From: Daphnia carinata
Taxonomy: Eukaryota
Assembly (NCBI RefSeq): GCF_022539665.2
Contig: NC_081333.1
Coordinates: forward strand, 1,984,001 to 2,048,000
Direction of reading: 5' to 3'
DNA: 64,000 nt
Shown: in pieces, positions 15,101 to 29,009 of the stretch
Layout of the letters: each line of letters begins with the position of its first letter
How positions within the stretch are numbered: the first letter of the stretch is position 1
Notes under the pieces: model-generated
The model's database searches: none
The model's input: only the letters and a program-made list of their open reading frames with translations
Told to the model about the DNA's origin: nothing
Program-made: the position numbers and the translations under genes

Positions 15101-16684
15101 TGGTCAAGCTCCGGCCATCGGTATGTAACGGTTCAATAGCCACATCGAAAAAAGAAAAAAAGAAAAAATGAAGGTAAATAACAAGACGACTGAACAGTTC
15201 ACCACTTATTTTATTTTATTTTATTTTTATTTTTTTAAGTCATCCTTCCTTCTCTTCGTTTCTTGTTTGTTTAGTTTTTTTTTTTTTTCAGGTTCAATCA
15301 TCGGTTTGTACCGGTTGCTCCTGAAAGTCCCTCACACATCAGTGGCGTCTTTCGTTTTCGTTCCTTTTCTTTTCGAATCGATAACGAATGAAATTGAAAT
15401 ACAACTAAAACAAAATCGTTGGCACCTTTTGGTTTTCTTTTTCCATACGATGGATTGGTTGTGGAAATGTGTCTGCCCTCATTCTGCCCGCTGCTCGTGT
15501 CATATCGTCTTTTGTTTTCCCTTTTTTTTTTTGATGATTTTCTCTGCGTCGTTACGTCTAACCTGTTGAATAATAAACGACGTCATCGCGTACAACTGAA
15601 ATACATAGCAACGCAAAAAAAAAAAAAAAAAAACAAAACAAAACAAGGAAGAGTTTATCTCAGTTTTGACTCGAAGTGCGTGAGAAAAAACGGGCAGAGA
15701 TTTCAAAACAGGGTCTCCGTGTCTAAGCAAATCGGATGAAAAACATGCATAGGCCTATACAGACGTCAGTGATTGATGACGTGTTACGCATCAACAAGTA
15801 TAATCCTATCGGTGCTTTGATTTGGATTTTTTTTTTTTTTTTTTTTTTTTACCTCCGGCAAAAACTGCGCTTATCAATATGAAAATTGACCTGCATTATA
15901 AACAAATGCAGTTAGAGATATAAAGCGCGTGCGATCTGTGCTACACGTCTCACGTGAAATCCGATCCGTCCCAATAAGTTTCTGCCTCTTTTTTTAAGCC
16001 AACCAAAACAACAACAACAAAAAAATTGCGGGATCGTGTGTCATATTGAAACCAGCGAGCTTTATTAGAAATACAGCGTCAAAACTTAAAAGAAAATTCT
16101 CTGCCGATGATTAAGAACGCTGCCAGCGTTTAACAGTATACACGAAAAAGCTGAAGAAGTTAAAGAAAAAAAAAAAAAAGAATTTCAGAGTTCTCCTTCC
16201 TCCTTTCGACCGAACCTTCTGGGTCATGTGGGTTTGTACCAAACAGGCACACACACACACGTACACACACACATCGTAAAAAGCCTAGGAGGAATTCCCT
16301 TTTTTTCTTTCTCTCTTTTGCTTTGCGTATTCGGTCGCATATGTGGTCTCGCCCTGGAACCCCCCCCCCCTCTCTCCACACCCCGTAAGGGATCCACGTA
16401 CATAGAGGAATTGTTGTTGCGTCGCACGGATAGCTGTACATACCCCAAACCACGATAAATAGAAAAAAAAAAAAAAAGAAAGAAAAGAAATGAAGCCGAA
16501 GGAAACCCAAAAAAAGGCAGACCCCGCACGTGAAAAGAAGGGGGGGCTTCTTCTGCTGAAAAAGAAAAAAAAAAAGCCAAGAGCTATATATATGTGTAGG
16601 AGCAGGCCCCATTGCTTTATAGTTTCTGTCAGTGTGTAAGACTTCTTCTAGCGTGTGTAACAGTAGAGGGACTGCCCTAACTGT

Positions 16685-16722
16685 TATAAAGCAGCCGGGT
16701 GCACACCACCGGCACGTCACTC
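16685..16722 (+). promoter_or_regulatory. Putative core promoter (TATA + initiator-like) of the dusky-like gene
   Basis: TATAAA at 16685-16690, Inr-like TCACTC at 16717-16722 about 30 nt downstream, ~800 nt before the signal-peptide exon. Confidence 0.4.
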
Positions 16723-17498
16723 GCTCCGAAGACACCCGAACTGGAAACATCTCTCTCTCTCCCTCGCTCTCCCTGTCTCTCGCTTTGGCTTTTCAAAAGC
16801 TGTCGAGTTCTCTTTTGACTCAGTCGTTTCTTTTTCATTCGTTAAAGAATTTCACTGCAGATTGAAAGAAGAACGAAGAAGAAAACTTGAAAATCTTGCA
16901 TTTGTCTGAACAGCGTCGTGAACGAGCAACGCGAGAACTTGAAATTACCGTTTGAGGTACACAGACGCGCACGTTTGTGACAACAACGAAAAAGAAAAAG
17001 AAAAAAAAACAAAAAAACAACTGGAGAAGAAATCTCTTGTGTGATTGTTCTTCGGTCATCCGCTCCAGCCGTTTCTTATTTTCGTGAAGGATTTTTTTGG
17101 TTTTTTTGTTTGCCGTGTCGTTCAATTAAATCAATAAAAAAAAAAACATAACAAAGTGATTCGGATTATTCTCGAGTTGTGCTGAAGAACCTCCGTTTTC
17201 AACACCATCCATCAAGGTCTGTACCATTCTCTTATTTGTTATCCTCTCCCCCCCCCCCTGAAAAACAAAACAAAACAAAACAATATCATTCGTCTTAAGT
17301 GCAAAATTCAATTATCCCAAATGTGAAGTTTTGATTAAGAAAATGACCTTTTTTTTTTTTCTTTCTTTTTTGTTTTTCCTCCCCCCCCCCCCCCCCCCTT
17401 CCGCATCGAAAATCGATTCGTGGAATGTTACAGGTGCGTGGTGATTCTTACGCGCGTATCTAAAACCAACCGAGAAGAAAACGAAACAAAACAAAAAG

Positions 17499-20400
17499 AT
17501 GTTCGTGTGGAGGTTATTGCTGGTCACCGCCTTCATCGGCGCGGTGAGTCTCTCTATTTCTTATTATTTATTTATTTATTTCATATTCAAAATTGATTGC
17601 CGGCCTTAAAAATGGCATTGAAATGATCCCACCCGATCTATTGAAATGCCCACCCGCATTTAAAAGATATTACGCTGCGAAGGTTCGATTTGAAAATCAT
17701 ATCGCGACAGTTTGATTGACGGGCAAATGAAATGGCCAATTTCAATTGCTGTTGTTTTTCTGACACTTTAACGGTACATAACCTCCTGTGTGAGTTGCAT
17801 AAACTTTGCGGTTGCCGAATTGCCTCCCCCGCCACTGAAACATTGGACTTTTGACTATAGATTACAGTCTTATACCTGTGTGTGTGACAGGCTAGATGGG
17901 AATGGTTCAAGAAAAACCGGTCACAGTGGAACTTGGCCTAGATACCGGTTCTTATCCTCTTCCCCTCTCTCTCCCTCTCTCTTGTGTGTCTTCTTCTCAC
18001 GTACCAACGACTTCCTCCTTGTAGAGGAACTTCTCTTCAGATTTTGTCCTTTTGTCGTTATTACTTAGTAGACGAATTAAAAAAAAAACAAAAAAAAAAC
18101 GACCACACAAACAACGGACCTTTTCTTAACCAAGTCCGAATGGAGGGTGAACACATCATTTTTTTTTTTTTTTACCGACCAGGAAGTTCCTCTTTTTTTT
18201 TTTTTAAGGGGAGGGTAAAAGCATAAAGAATTCGATCCATCGGCTAATAAAAGAACCTAGTCACGTGTTATTGCAGCTCCTTTTCCCTATTTGAAAAAAG
18301 ATCGATGATTCAAAGTTCACTGATTTCTACCTCCTCCAACTTAAACCCATCAGTCTTAACCTTTCAGAACTAAAAAAAAAAAAAAAATAATAATAATAAT
18401 ACGTAAGTCTCTTTTGTCGGAAAAAATAGAGAAATTTCTTTGCAGCTTATGTAATTTATTGAACCCCCCCCCCTCCCTTTTGCATCAGTTTCAACGTTAA
18501 ACAAGCGAGAAAAAAAGAAAGGTGTTTAGGCCCCCTCTTCTTCCTTATTGCTTTAACCAAGAGGGGGCGGGGGAACAGGATCGGGAGAGAAGAATGGAGG
18601 GGGGGTTAGTACTGGCCAGTTGCGCAAGATCAAGGCCAAGGACGGGCTGACCTCTCCACCTGCGCCCGAAGCACCTGTTCCCGCTTCTCTCATTCATGGA
18701 CGGCCAACGGTGTTATTCGGGCTAGCCCGGGCTATCCTTTTTTTTTTTTTTTTTTTCGTTGTTGTTACCGTGTGCGTTTCCGTGTTAATTAACAGTATAG
18801 GCCATCCTAGGCAAGAAGAAGAAGCACGCGCCTAATATCTTCTTATATGTGTTGCGTGCAGCGAATGCGAGACGGTAACGAAACTCAATTAGCCCCTCGG
18901 TTTTTTTTAATTTTTTTTAATCGCCGACATCAACTTCTGCTTTTTTGATATCTTTCTTTAAGTATCGTGTGTGTTTATTATTTTCTATTTTTTTTTTCGG
19001 GAGGGGGGGGGGGAGGATAAATTTGCGTGAAAAAGGCGAGGAAAAACGCGGACCGCTATGTAACTTTTAACGTTCATTCAATTGCCAATGAAAAACATTT
19101 TTGTTCTCTTTTTACGAGGGAAATAATAGAGGGACCCCATTTTTTCTTATAAAAAAATAAAAAAAAAATAAATAGGAGAAGACAGGGAAATGTAATCAAG
19201 TTGAGCGGATGGACTTTGGCTATAAACAGAGGGCGCAGCGCTAGAGGGAACACATGACGGACATGAAAAAAAAAATAAATACGTGAGATTTAAAAACATA
19301 GAGAAAGAATGGAGAGAAAGAAATAGACAGACAGGTAGGAACGCTAAATGTAGGTCAATCGGTCTTGGGTTACTTCATGGTGTGTAATAAAGCAGCCAAA
19401 AGAAGAAGAAAAAGAAAAAGGCGGAGGAATCGAGATTCTTCTGTTGCGAACGATGGGCTCCTGCCTAGTAGGGAGGGAGGTGACGTGCGTGTTACTTGCC
19501 ATGGCCAAAAAAAAAAAAAAAGGCAGGGGGGGGGGGGGGAGGGAATGGAGCACATTGACCGTTAAAATACATGGACTTGGCATACCTGGTGAAGTGCTGC
19601 TGGCTTTGCTGCCGGCATGTTTCATTTGCCTCCTTCTTGGAAACCAAAGAAAATAACGGGACTCAACCTGCCGGGCTTTTTGGGATCGTCTCGGCTCCTC
19701 CCCTTTACACACCACCGTTCCCCTTTTTTTTTTTTTTTTTCTTTTTTTTTTTCGTTACCTGTTGTTTGCACCTTGCATATAGAAGAAGGCGCTTCTCCCG
19801 TTTCCTCGTCTAGCGTAAAATGCCTTGGCCTTCACACAGCCCCGAGGGCCTTTTGCCGTGTTTAACAACTCGGCAATGTTCCATCGTTGGAGTATGTGTG
19901 TTATGCACAACCATCGATACGTTTCCTTTAGAAGAAGGGCCTTGGGGGCTTTTCTTCTAAGTCGCGGAAGCCATTGACAGTTTTTGTTTGTGGCTTCACC
20001 TGTACACACACACACACGCGTAACGTACACACATACACGCGGGAATGCCGCACCTCTTTTTTTTCTTCTTAAATTTACTATGGCACATACATGGCTCGAT
20101 GGAGCGTCCCGCCTTCGGGATATGGGTCGTCAAGTTCTCACACACTCAGCAGCTCGCGTCTTCTCTTCTCGTTTGCTTTTTTGTTTTTTTTTGTTTTTTT
20201 TTTAAATTCAATTTAATTTCCGATCGTGCCGTGTGCTTTCCCAACCCCCAAAAGACCGTTCACTTCCGTTCGCTTCGTTCATTCGGATCCGTTTGGCTCG
20301 GCGTCCACTTGGTGCAGCGGCACGGGAAGCGGGTCGATGGCGTTCGCACCCGTCTACGTCCTTCGATTGAAATTCATGTTTTTTACACGCACGGTAGGTC

Positions 20401-23400
20401 AACCCCAAAAGAAAAACGAAACGCTGAACAAGAAATGTAAAGAATTGAAACGGTTCGATCCATCGTGATTTTCATTATTTTCCCGTTTTTTATTTGAAAA
20501 AAAAAGAATTTCGCAACGGGGCGATGCAAATTCTTGGCGGAATAATGTACCGTGTCGATAAATTCCCCCCCGTCCTTTAAAAAAAAAAAAAAAATGCCGC
20601 TCCTGTTTAGTATGTGAAGATTTCAGCAATGGCGCGGTTTCGTGAGCGTTCAAAATTATCTTTTTATTTTCGCTTTGAGGAACAAGAGAGAAGCAAAAAT
20701 AGCCGAGTCAAATCGCAATGTTAGAAGCCCCCAAGAGCGCAAGTTAGAAATCTATTGAGTTGAAGGGGGAAACAGGTGAGCTCGGCCTCAATAAATTCAG
20801 CTTGCCAAAAAAAAACAAAAACAAGGGGAATAATTATGCATGCAGACATAATGTGTACAGCTGCTCTGTGTGATCTTCTTTTTCAATGGTAGCGACAATG
20901 ACTGCAAGAGGTTAGGCTACAATTCGGGACTGGCAACGTTTGCGGTATGGGTGGGCGGGGTAGCGACGGCGGCCGCGCAATTGCAAAGTCGTCAGCGCAA
21001 TTATTTTTATTTTTCGTACATGATTATGGGTGAATTGCTACGGTACGTTGTACTGTACGGAATCCTTTTTTTTTTTTCCTGTAGCCTGAAGAAATAATAA
21101 TTCGAAAGAAAAAAATGATAAAACAAAACTAGGTAAAAAAAAAAAAAAAAAAAAAATTGCAAGCCTCCGGGTCATGTTTCCGTGGGCCGGTTAAAAGAAA
21201 AAGGGAGCGCCTCGTTGAACACATTCACGAGAAAGCCTGTGCCAAAAAGGGTCCATTTCTTTCTTTTAGCACAATCAGCGGGACGCCAATTGTTTGACGC
21301 TGAACTGATGGACGCGACTGACCCGGCCACACATTCCTGGCCTGCTTTTAAATTTCAAAAAAAAAAAAAAAAAAAAAAAAAAAAGGACTGTGTCATTCTC
21401 TTCACGTTGCGGTAGTTAAAAGACAACGACTAAAAGCTGAATGAGATTAGAATAGCAGAAGATGTTACGAAGAGGGGAGAGCACAGCGTGGTAGCGATTG
21501 GCTTTCATATGAGTTCTTAAAAAAAAAATGAGAGAAGAAGGAGAAAGAAAGAAAAAAAAAAAAGGGAGGAAGAATACATATAATCATAACTTGTGTTTGT
21601 TGCTGGCCCGCTGCATAAATACGAGGCCATTCAAAATGAGCGCCTCAGGTAAACTTGCCCGTTATTCTTCGTCGACTAGCCGCAGTTCTTCTTATGGACA
21701 TTCTTTCTGATTTTCTTTTTGAGGTTATTGTTTTTCTGTTGTTGTTTTTATTTTGCCGTTTGGCGTAACTCTTCAAAAAGCCGAGAGTAACGTAGTAGAC
21801 AATAAATATTCCGAAATAAAGGCACACACACAAAAAAAAAAAAGAAAGAAAAGGGCGGCGTTTGTACAACAAGAAGAAGACAAGACCTCACGCTGACAAG
21901 TGTGAAGGATGTACGCCGATAAAAGGATAGCCAGTTTAAAAAAAAAAAAAAAAACAGTCCCCCCTCCCCTCTTCAGTTAATCAAAGCAAAAAAATGTTCG
22001 ACCTGTTTGGTTTTAACTTGGCTGCAAGTGTTTGACCTAGAACAGGTTTGTTTTCCGCACAATCACCAAATTTGGACGCTTTCCAAAATTGGGTCCTTCT
22101 GTGATTTCTTTCGTGTGATTGTTGTTACATTCGTCTTTTAGCTGTTTTCTTAACGAGTGGCCCCGTGTGATCGTGCACGATTCTAATGGCCGTTGATGTT
22201 CAACTTCTTTTTTGTGTGTGTGTGTGTGCTAAGAAAAAAACAAAACAACATGAACGCTGAAGGCAAATAACAGCAGTCGGTTAGCCGGTCAAGTATATTT
22301 CACTTCGGGATCAAACGTTCGGTCAAACTCCTTTTTCGCTACCTGCTGATGAAGATGGATAGTCGAATAAACCTAAACCTGAAACGAAAGATTCCTTCCA
22401 GCCCGCTCTTCCTCCATCTTTCTTTTTAACACTTCGGGTTGATGTCGCTGAATCACGATATCTTTCGATTCAATTTCGATTTGCATTTGCGCATCGATTT
22501 GGCCAATTTTTCGTTAGATTGTATTTTTATGTTCGTTTCACGTGCGATGACGTTTATTGCCTTTATACGAGGCAATTGAGGCCACCGGATACCGGACGAA
22601 TTGGCTTGATTTCTTTTAATACTCTGGTTATAGACTTGTACAACACACAATGACATGTCTTCTTTCTCTCGCTTCAAGAAGAAAAGACAATGTAATCACG
22701 TAACGCCAGCTCTCTTTCTTTTTGTTTCTCGAAATACGTGATAAGTCATCGGTGCGTATCACACATCAGTCTCTTCCTTGTTTGGCGTTTTTCTTTTGTT
22801 TTTGTTTTTCCCCGCTTGTAATGTGAGAGGCCGTCACACGTATCCTCGTCTTTTTCTTTCTTTTTGCAACAGCGTCGAATGTGATTGACCCAATGGCCTC
22901 GATATGAAACGTGGCTTCCAACTATCATCAGGCTGTGTGTGTGTGTGTGTGTGTGTGTGCACGTTAACGTTGCACGGTGGTTGCCTGTGTGTTTCAAGCC
23001 GTCATTTCTTTGAATGCGCCGTGATGGCAATCAGACCGACTTCTTTGCTCTTTGTGCTCGTAATCTAAATTTGTTTTTCTTTTGTCTTTATGTCGGTCGC
23101 CCTTTTCCTTTGTTGCCGGCAACAACAACAACAAACATCTGATGACAACCCCAAAAAAATCAACAGGTGGTCCTAGCCGCTGAGGAAGTCAAGAAGAGCG
23201 AAGAGAAACCCGCCGACAAGCCCATCGTCGTCGCGGAAAAGGTGATCGAGAAAACGGCAGACATTGTTCAACCGGCAGATAAAACCGTAGCGGCAACAGC
23301 GCAAAAGGATCCAGCGGTTAGCTCTTCGGCCGGAGCGCCAGCGGCAGTTCCAGCGGCTCCTGCGGCCGCTGCTGCCAAAGCGGCGCCGGTTAAAGTCGCT

Positions 23401-26313
23401 CAGAATCGTGTGGCCGTAATTGACGCTGTCGAAGGCGAAGAAGAGGAGGAGGAAGCGGAGGAAGAAGAGGAAGAGCCACACGCTTCGGCTTTGCACGCAG
23501 AACATCGTGAAGCTGTTGACGAGGAAGAGGAGGAAGAAGATCAATTGGCTTTGGAGACGTCCAACGTCCAGGAGAAGGACGGAGCTGGACACGGACACCA
23601 TCATCATGAACACGGTCCAGCTTACGCTACCGGTGGATCCCAACATTACCACGGCAAACAACAAGGTCCGATTCCTGTGCCATTGCCCGTTCCAGTTCAT
23701 CCAGCATCGGTCGTTTTGCCCACGTTGCCTAAACAGCAATACAACCCTCCGGCCCAGTACAAAGCTCCTCCGCCGAGCCCGTACATCCCTTCGGCTTCCG
23801 CTCCCGCTCCGGCTTACCAGTCCGTTCCTCCTCCACCTCCACCACCTGGACCTCAACCCGCCTATTCGGCTCAACGACCCGTCTACTCTCAGGTACCACC
23901 TCCGCCCAGGCCGCAATATCAGCCTCAACCGCAGCCTGCCTACCAACCACCTCCACCTCCGCCAGCTCAACCTATCTACGCTCCTGCCCCTCAGCCATCG
24001 TACCAACCTCCTCCCCCACCTCCACCACAGCCTTCTTACCAACCCCCTCCCCCACCTCAGGCTCAGCCATCTTACCAGCAGACGGCGTTCCAACCACCTC
24101 CACCACCACCATCCTACCAGCCACCCGCGCAGGCTTACCAACCTCCTCCACCACCTCCACCGGCCGAGAGGAACTCGTATGGACCGACTAGCGCTCCTTC
24201 TCTGCCCGAAGCGGCCCAGCAAGTCCAACAGTACCGACCTGAAGCCACCGTCGCCCTTCCGGCCCAGAACGCTCCATCCGACCCTTGGCCAGCTCCAGTC
24301 CAGGACATGCCTCGCATCGTCTCCCTGGACGTCAAATGCGAAAAGAACTTGATGAAGGTCTTCATTGAATTCGACAAGCCCTTCAACGGCGTCATCTTCT
24401 CCAAGGGACACTACGCCAACGCCAACTGCGTCCACCTGCCGGCCGGTTTGGGCCGCACATCGGCCAATTTCGACGTCAGCATCAACACTTGCGGTACAAC
24501 TGGGAACACGGAGAACGGCCTCTACGGCTATGGATCTCAGGTATGTTCATTATTCTTTTGTTGTTTTTTTTTGTGTGTGTGTGTGTGTGTGTATGAAGTG
24601 CGTGTGACTTTTGCGAATGTCCTCGCACGCGTTCTAAAAAGAAAGAGGGCGTATAAGTAATGCGTGTCCACTAGACTACATTGCCCGTAAATGTTTGAGA
24701 AGTAATAACGATAACGACATGTGTGTGACGTGGAAATAATGAGCGAACACATGCTGCATGTAGTTTTTCTTCCACGCAGCCGTTCGTCATCACGCACAAG
24801 TTGGCCTGCCGATTTCCCGGTAGCCGCAACAACTGGACTGGATGTCCGCTAACGGTGTCTTTATTATGCACGTTGCAACTGTCCTTCAGTCTGGCCATGG
24901 GAATTTTTGTGTATGTTCCCTAAAAACAAACGTTATTTGCACATGTAGAGAAACAAGTCCGCCAATAGTTAACTGTGCGTGTCCGATGCACTGAAAGACA
25001 AGAGCACCAACTGGCACGTAAAGACAAACCAGAAACAAACGAACGGAACAAAAACGGCATAACGTTTCGAGTTATTCAAAAACTGGCACGTAGTTTTACG
25101 ACTCAATTATGAGCAGCTATATTAAAATAAGATGACCGAGATGAAAGAAAACATTTTAATGGAATATAATTTGCTAAAAAAAAAAATTGAAACAACAGGC
25201 CGGTTCAGGAACATTCTTCGAGAACACCATCATCGTCCAGTTCGACCCACAAGTCCAGGAAGTCTGGGATCAGGCCCGCAAATTGCGCTGCACTTGGCAC
25301 GATCAGTACGAGAAGTCCGTCACTTTCCGGCCGTTCCCCGTCGATATGTTGGACGTCGTCCGAGCTGATTTTGCCGGAGACAACGTCGGATGCTGGATGC
25401 AGATCCAAGTCGGAAAGGGCCCGTGGGCTTCTGAAGTCTCCGGTTTGGTCAAGATCGGTCAGACGATGACCATGGTCCTGGCCATCAAGGACGACGACAG
25501 CAAGTTCGACATGCTCGTCCGCAACTGCATGGCCCATGACGGCAAACGCGCGCCAATCCAATTGGTCGACCAGCGAGGTTGCGTCACCCGACCCAAACTC
25601 ATGTCGCGCTTCACCAAGATCAAGAATTTCGGCTCTTCCGCCTCCGTCCTCTCTTACGCTCACTTCCAGGTATCATTTCCTGACAATCAATTTTCACAAA
25701 CGTGAATCCAATAAGAATATTTGAATTCGTTTTTGTTTGCTTCTAGGCCTTCAAATTCCCCGACTCGATGGAAGTCCACTTCCAGTGCACCATCCAAATC
25801 TGTCGCAACCAGTGCCCGGATCAGTGCGCAGGATCTGAGCAATACTCGGCCGCTTCGTCATTGTCAGCCAGCGAGCCGAGGAATCCTTACAACAGGATCG
25901 GAGCGGTGGCCAGCAGACCGCGAGCTGAAGATCAGGATGGCATCCAAAGATCGCCGAGAAGTCAGCGCGATGTCAGCGCCTCTGAACAAGAGTCGACACC
26001 CGGAGAGCAACAAGACGTCGGCATCAACCGGATCATCCAGGTTGTGTCGACTGGCGATTTGACTTTCGCTCTGGAGCAGTCCAGCGACAACACGACGACG
26101 ATCGTCTTCCCGTCGCGCTCCGAGACCGAAGGTCTCATCTGCATGACGTCGCCGGGCTTCGCGGCCACGTTGGTCGTCCTCCTGGCCATCTTGATCATCT
26201 CTTGCTTGTTGTCCGCTTTCTTGTGCATCCGCCACCGGGCTTTCGGCGTCGACCGATCCTTAGTCTCCGCCTTCGCCAATCCAGCTTTCGCCCACAAAAA
26301 GGGACACTTTTAA
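17499..26313 (+). CDS. dy: ZP-domain transmembrane cuticle/apical-matrix protein, dusky-like (~818 aa)
   Basis: Exons 17499-17543, 23167-24540, 25199-25669, 25747-26313, all GT-AG and phase 0. Signal peptide MFVWRLLLVTAFIGA|VVLA; acidic, His-rich and Pro/Gln/Tyr-rich N-terminus; ZP domain (CEKNLMKV...QEVWDQARKLRCTWHDQYEKSVTFRPFPVDMLDVVRADFAGDNVGCWMQIQVGKGPW...AFKFPDSMEVHFQC); furin-like RSPRSQR; C-terminal TM helix. ZP sequence matches my recollection of Drosophila Dusky rather than Dusky-like; symbol is from memory, not a search. Confidence 0.88.
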
Positions 26314-27819
26314 AAGGTTTCGAAAATAATCGCATCATTCGGTCAGAGACGCAATTATTATAAAACAATTAGTTTGGGAGGGGGGACTTTGTTTGACGAT
26401 CCAGCTAGTTTGGATCACGGACGTGACGCGCATCTCTTAATCAAATGGACTTGCGCGCAACACTATCAAAAGACGCTTTTTTTTAAGCACAGCACACGGA
26501 CACAGACACGAGTATACACAAGACGTTTTTTTTATTTAATTTATATTTGTTTTTTTGACGATTGGACAAACACGAATTCACGCACAGACTTTCTTTTGAC
26601 ATTTACGGGGGACAGTTTGTTTTGACGACCCTTTTTTTTTTTTTTTTTTGGACGAGACGCATCACATCACGGGTGACATTTTCTCTGGAGCCTACTATTT
26701 AAAAAAAAAGAATGAGAATTTCACTTTTCTTTAAGTTAATTCCTTTTCATTATACATTTTCAAATAAAAATGGAAAAGACACAACAGCTGTATTATTATT
26801 ACTTACGTGACTTTCAGACTTGACTCTCTTTTTTCAGACTGACAATTGTTTTCCACCCAGACAATTTAGAGACAACGACTTGGGACATCATTTACTTGAC
26901 GTTCGATTATCTTATATACAAACATATTTAGCTATTACAGACGCATAGACTGACGCAGCACGGACTGACACCGACCTGGGAGAATGAGACGAAAACTTTC
27001 AAGTATTGATATGTTTTACATTCTCCCGAACAAAAACACACAGTTTTGACGGACAAGAGCATTAACCAGTTTATCAATTCATTTTTTGTTTCTGATTAGT
27101 TTCGATACGAAGTGCGCGGTCACGTCAACTTGTCAAATTTGATTTAGCGTCATTTTGGATATCGATCTAATAATCAATTTCCCCTTGTGTTAATTTTCCT
27201 CTCTTAATTTAATTTTTCCGATGTTTCTGTAGTTTTTACGAGGGTTTTTACAACGAAATTGATCACACCATGTCGACAGACCAATCCCTAAAACAATGAC
27301 GGATTACTAGTTTGTAACTCGTGATCTTGGCAAATTTTTTTTTTTTACCTTTTTCTTTTATCAATTTTTACATTTTATTATTTTTCAATCTTTCAATCGG
27401 TACTTTTATTTTTTGAAATTTTTTCATTGAAAAACGTGTGTTGTGTGTGAGTGTGTGTGCGTGTGTGTGTGTTGAAGACGACAGAACGATCAACAAAATC
27501 TTAAACTGACGCGTGTGCACTTTGATTTTGCTCATATTTCGCCCTCCTTTTTGGTCTGTACTATTATTATAATTATTTCTTTCTATTTTGGGGAAAAACA
27601 AAATTCGATTTCGTACATGTATTTATATGTATTCCTTGACTGATTCTTAAAGAAAACAAACACGGGAAACAAAGACAAACGACGACGCGTGTGACTATAA
27701 ACATCTACGACCTAAATACCCCCCATCTTTTCTTCATTTTTATTTTACTATTCCTACCCATTTTTTTTTTTCAAATTGATTCATGACTAATGGCCTTTTG
27801 ACGGACAGAACGACAATGA

Positions 27820-27829
27820 AATAAATAAA
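27820..27829 (+). promoter_or_regulatory. Candidate polyadenylation signal of dusky-like gene (overlapping AATAAATAAA)
   Basis: Two overlapping AATAAA hexamers at the end of the GAC-rich putative 3' UTR; another AATAAA at ~26763. Confidence 0.35.
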
Positions 27830-29009
27830 GGAATTTTATTCGTGCCGGACACGAACAGAAAAAAATGGAGCCGGACAATGTCATTTGATTTTTATTTGGA
27901 AATCTCCATCCACCAATCCTTTTCTATTCCCATATTTAAAACAATCAATTCCGCGTGTATTGTTCATATTTGAATAAATGTAAGGGGGCGTTATTGGACC
28001 CCCACCTTGAATTTTCCTCAAAAGAAAGAATGAATCAATTTGTAGGTCACGTAACTTTGGCCTTCATTGATTTCTTCCATCGATCCCGAGGCAACCCCAA
28101 GTTCACGCAAGTGGCGGTTGTTCCTCACGCTACACGTGTAGATCAACAGTTTTAGGCCTTTTCATGTGTAGGAACACATACATCAGCATAGACGATGAAA
28201 AAAACGAGGCCAGTAATCACTGGGTCTCGTCATAGTCTAATGGGCGTTCCAAAAGTTAACACTGTTGCTCCCCTTTTGCATGGAACCGGGACGAAAGAAG
28301 AATGCGGCGAACAAGAAAAGGGCGGTGTCACGTTGAACGTGAGGGCTTTTCAAGTCCTCCACGTCAGCGCATGTTTCACGTCAATCCTGGCCTGCTGATA
28401 TGCGATCTGTGGTGCGTAACCTGTAATCATTTTGGTCACGGGAATTCGAACATAAAAAGACGCATAACTCTATTGTACGTGCGCTCTAATTCCTAGGGCC
28501 AACGGCGTTAATAAGGAGACGACATAGTGATGCTCTGCTCTTCGTAATGGCTTCGTAAACATTCCGCTGATCGTCTTGCCTGATTTACTCCCTTTGCCGA
28601 CTATAGCCCTGCAATCTATCTAGAATAATATAGCTGTCTTTCGCTATGCTGTTGCTGTTTGAACGTCTTCGTTGCTCTTTGTGTTATTTTAGCTATTTTT
28701 ATTGGCAAACGGAGGTCTTCCGTTATGGGTTCGCAGTTTACGCAATTGGGGAGATCAAGCGTTCAAGCGTTTGCTGCTCAATAATCAGTGGAGCATTTTG
28801 CATCGTCTCGACGGAAAAACCTGCGATGTAACACTTAAGAGCACCATTGATGCGTGTACACGGTCAATCCAACGGGCACTTCGGTGTATTAAAGAATGAA
28901 ATGGAGGAAATCATATAGTTGTTTTTCGTTTTCAGGCTAATGTGTTTTAACGCTGTCTTTAGTAATTATTAGAATAGAATGGAAGGTACTTTACTTTGTA
29001 CCTCGTCAC

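Noticed and set aside
1..16600. Numerous 60-140 aa ORFs in the upstream region (similarly 47100-60800)
   Set aside because: Dominated by poly-K/poly-F/CV from homopolymers and microsatellites; no recognisable domains or coherent exon chains.
23173..26297. Long antisense and alternative-frame ORFs (420, 310, 152, 123 aa) over the ZP gene
   Set aside because: Shadows of a GC-rich, Pro-rich coding exon.
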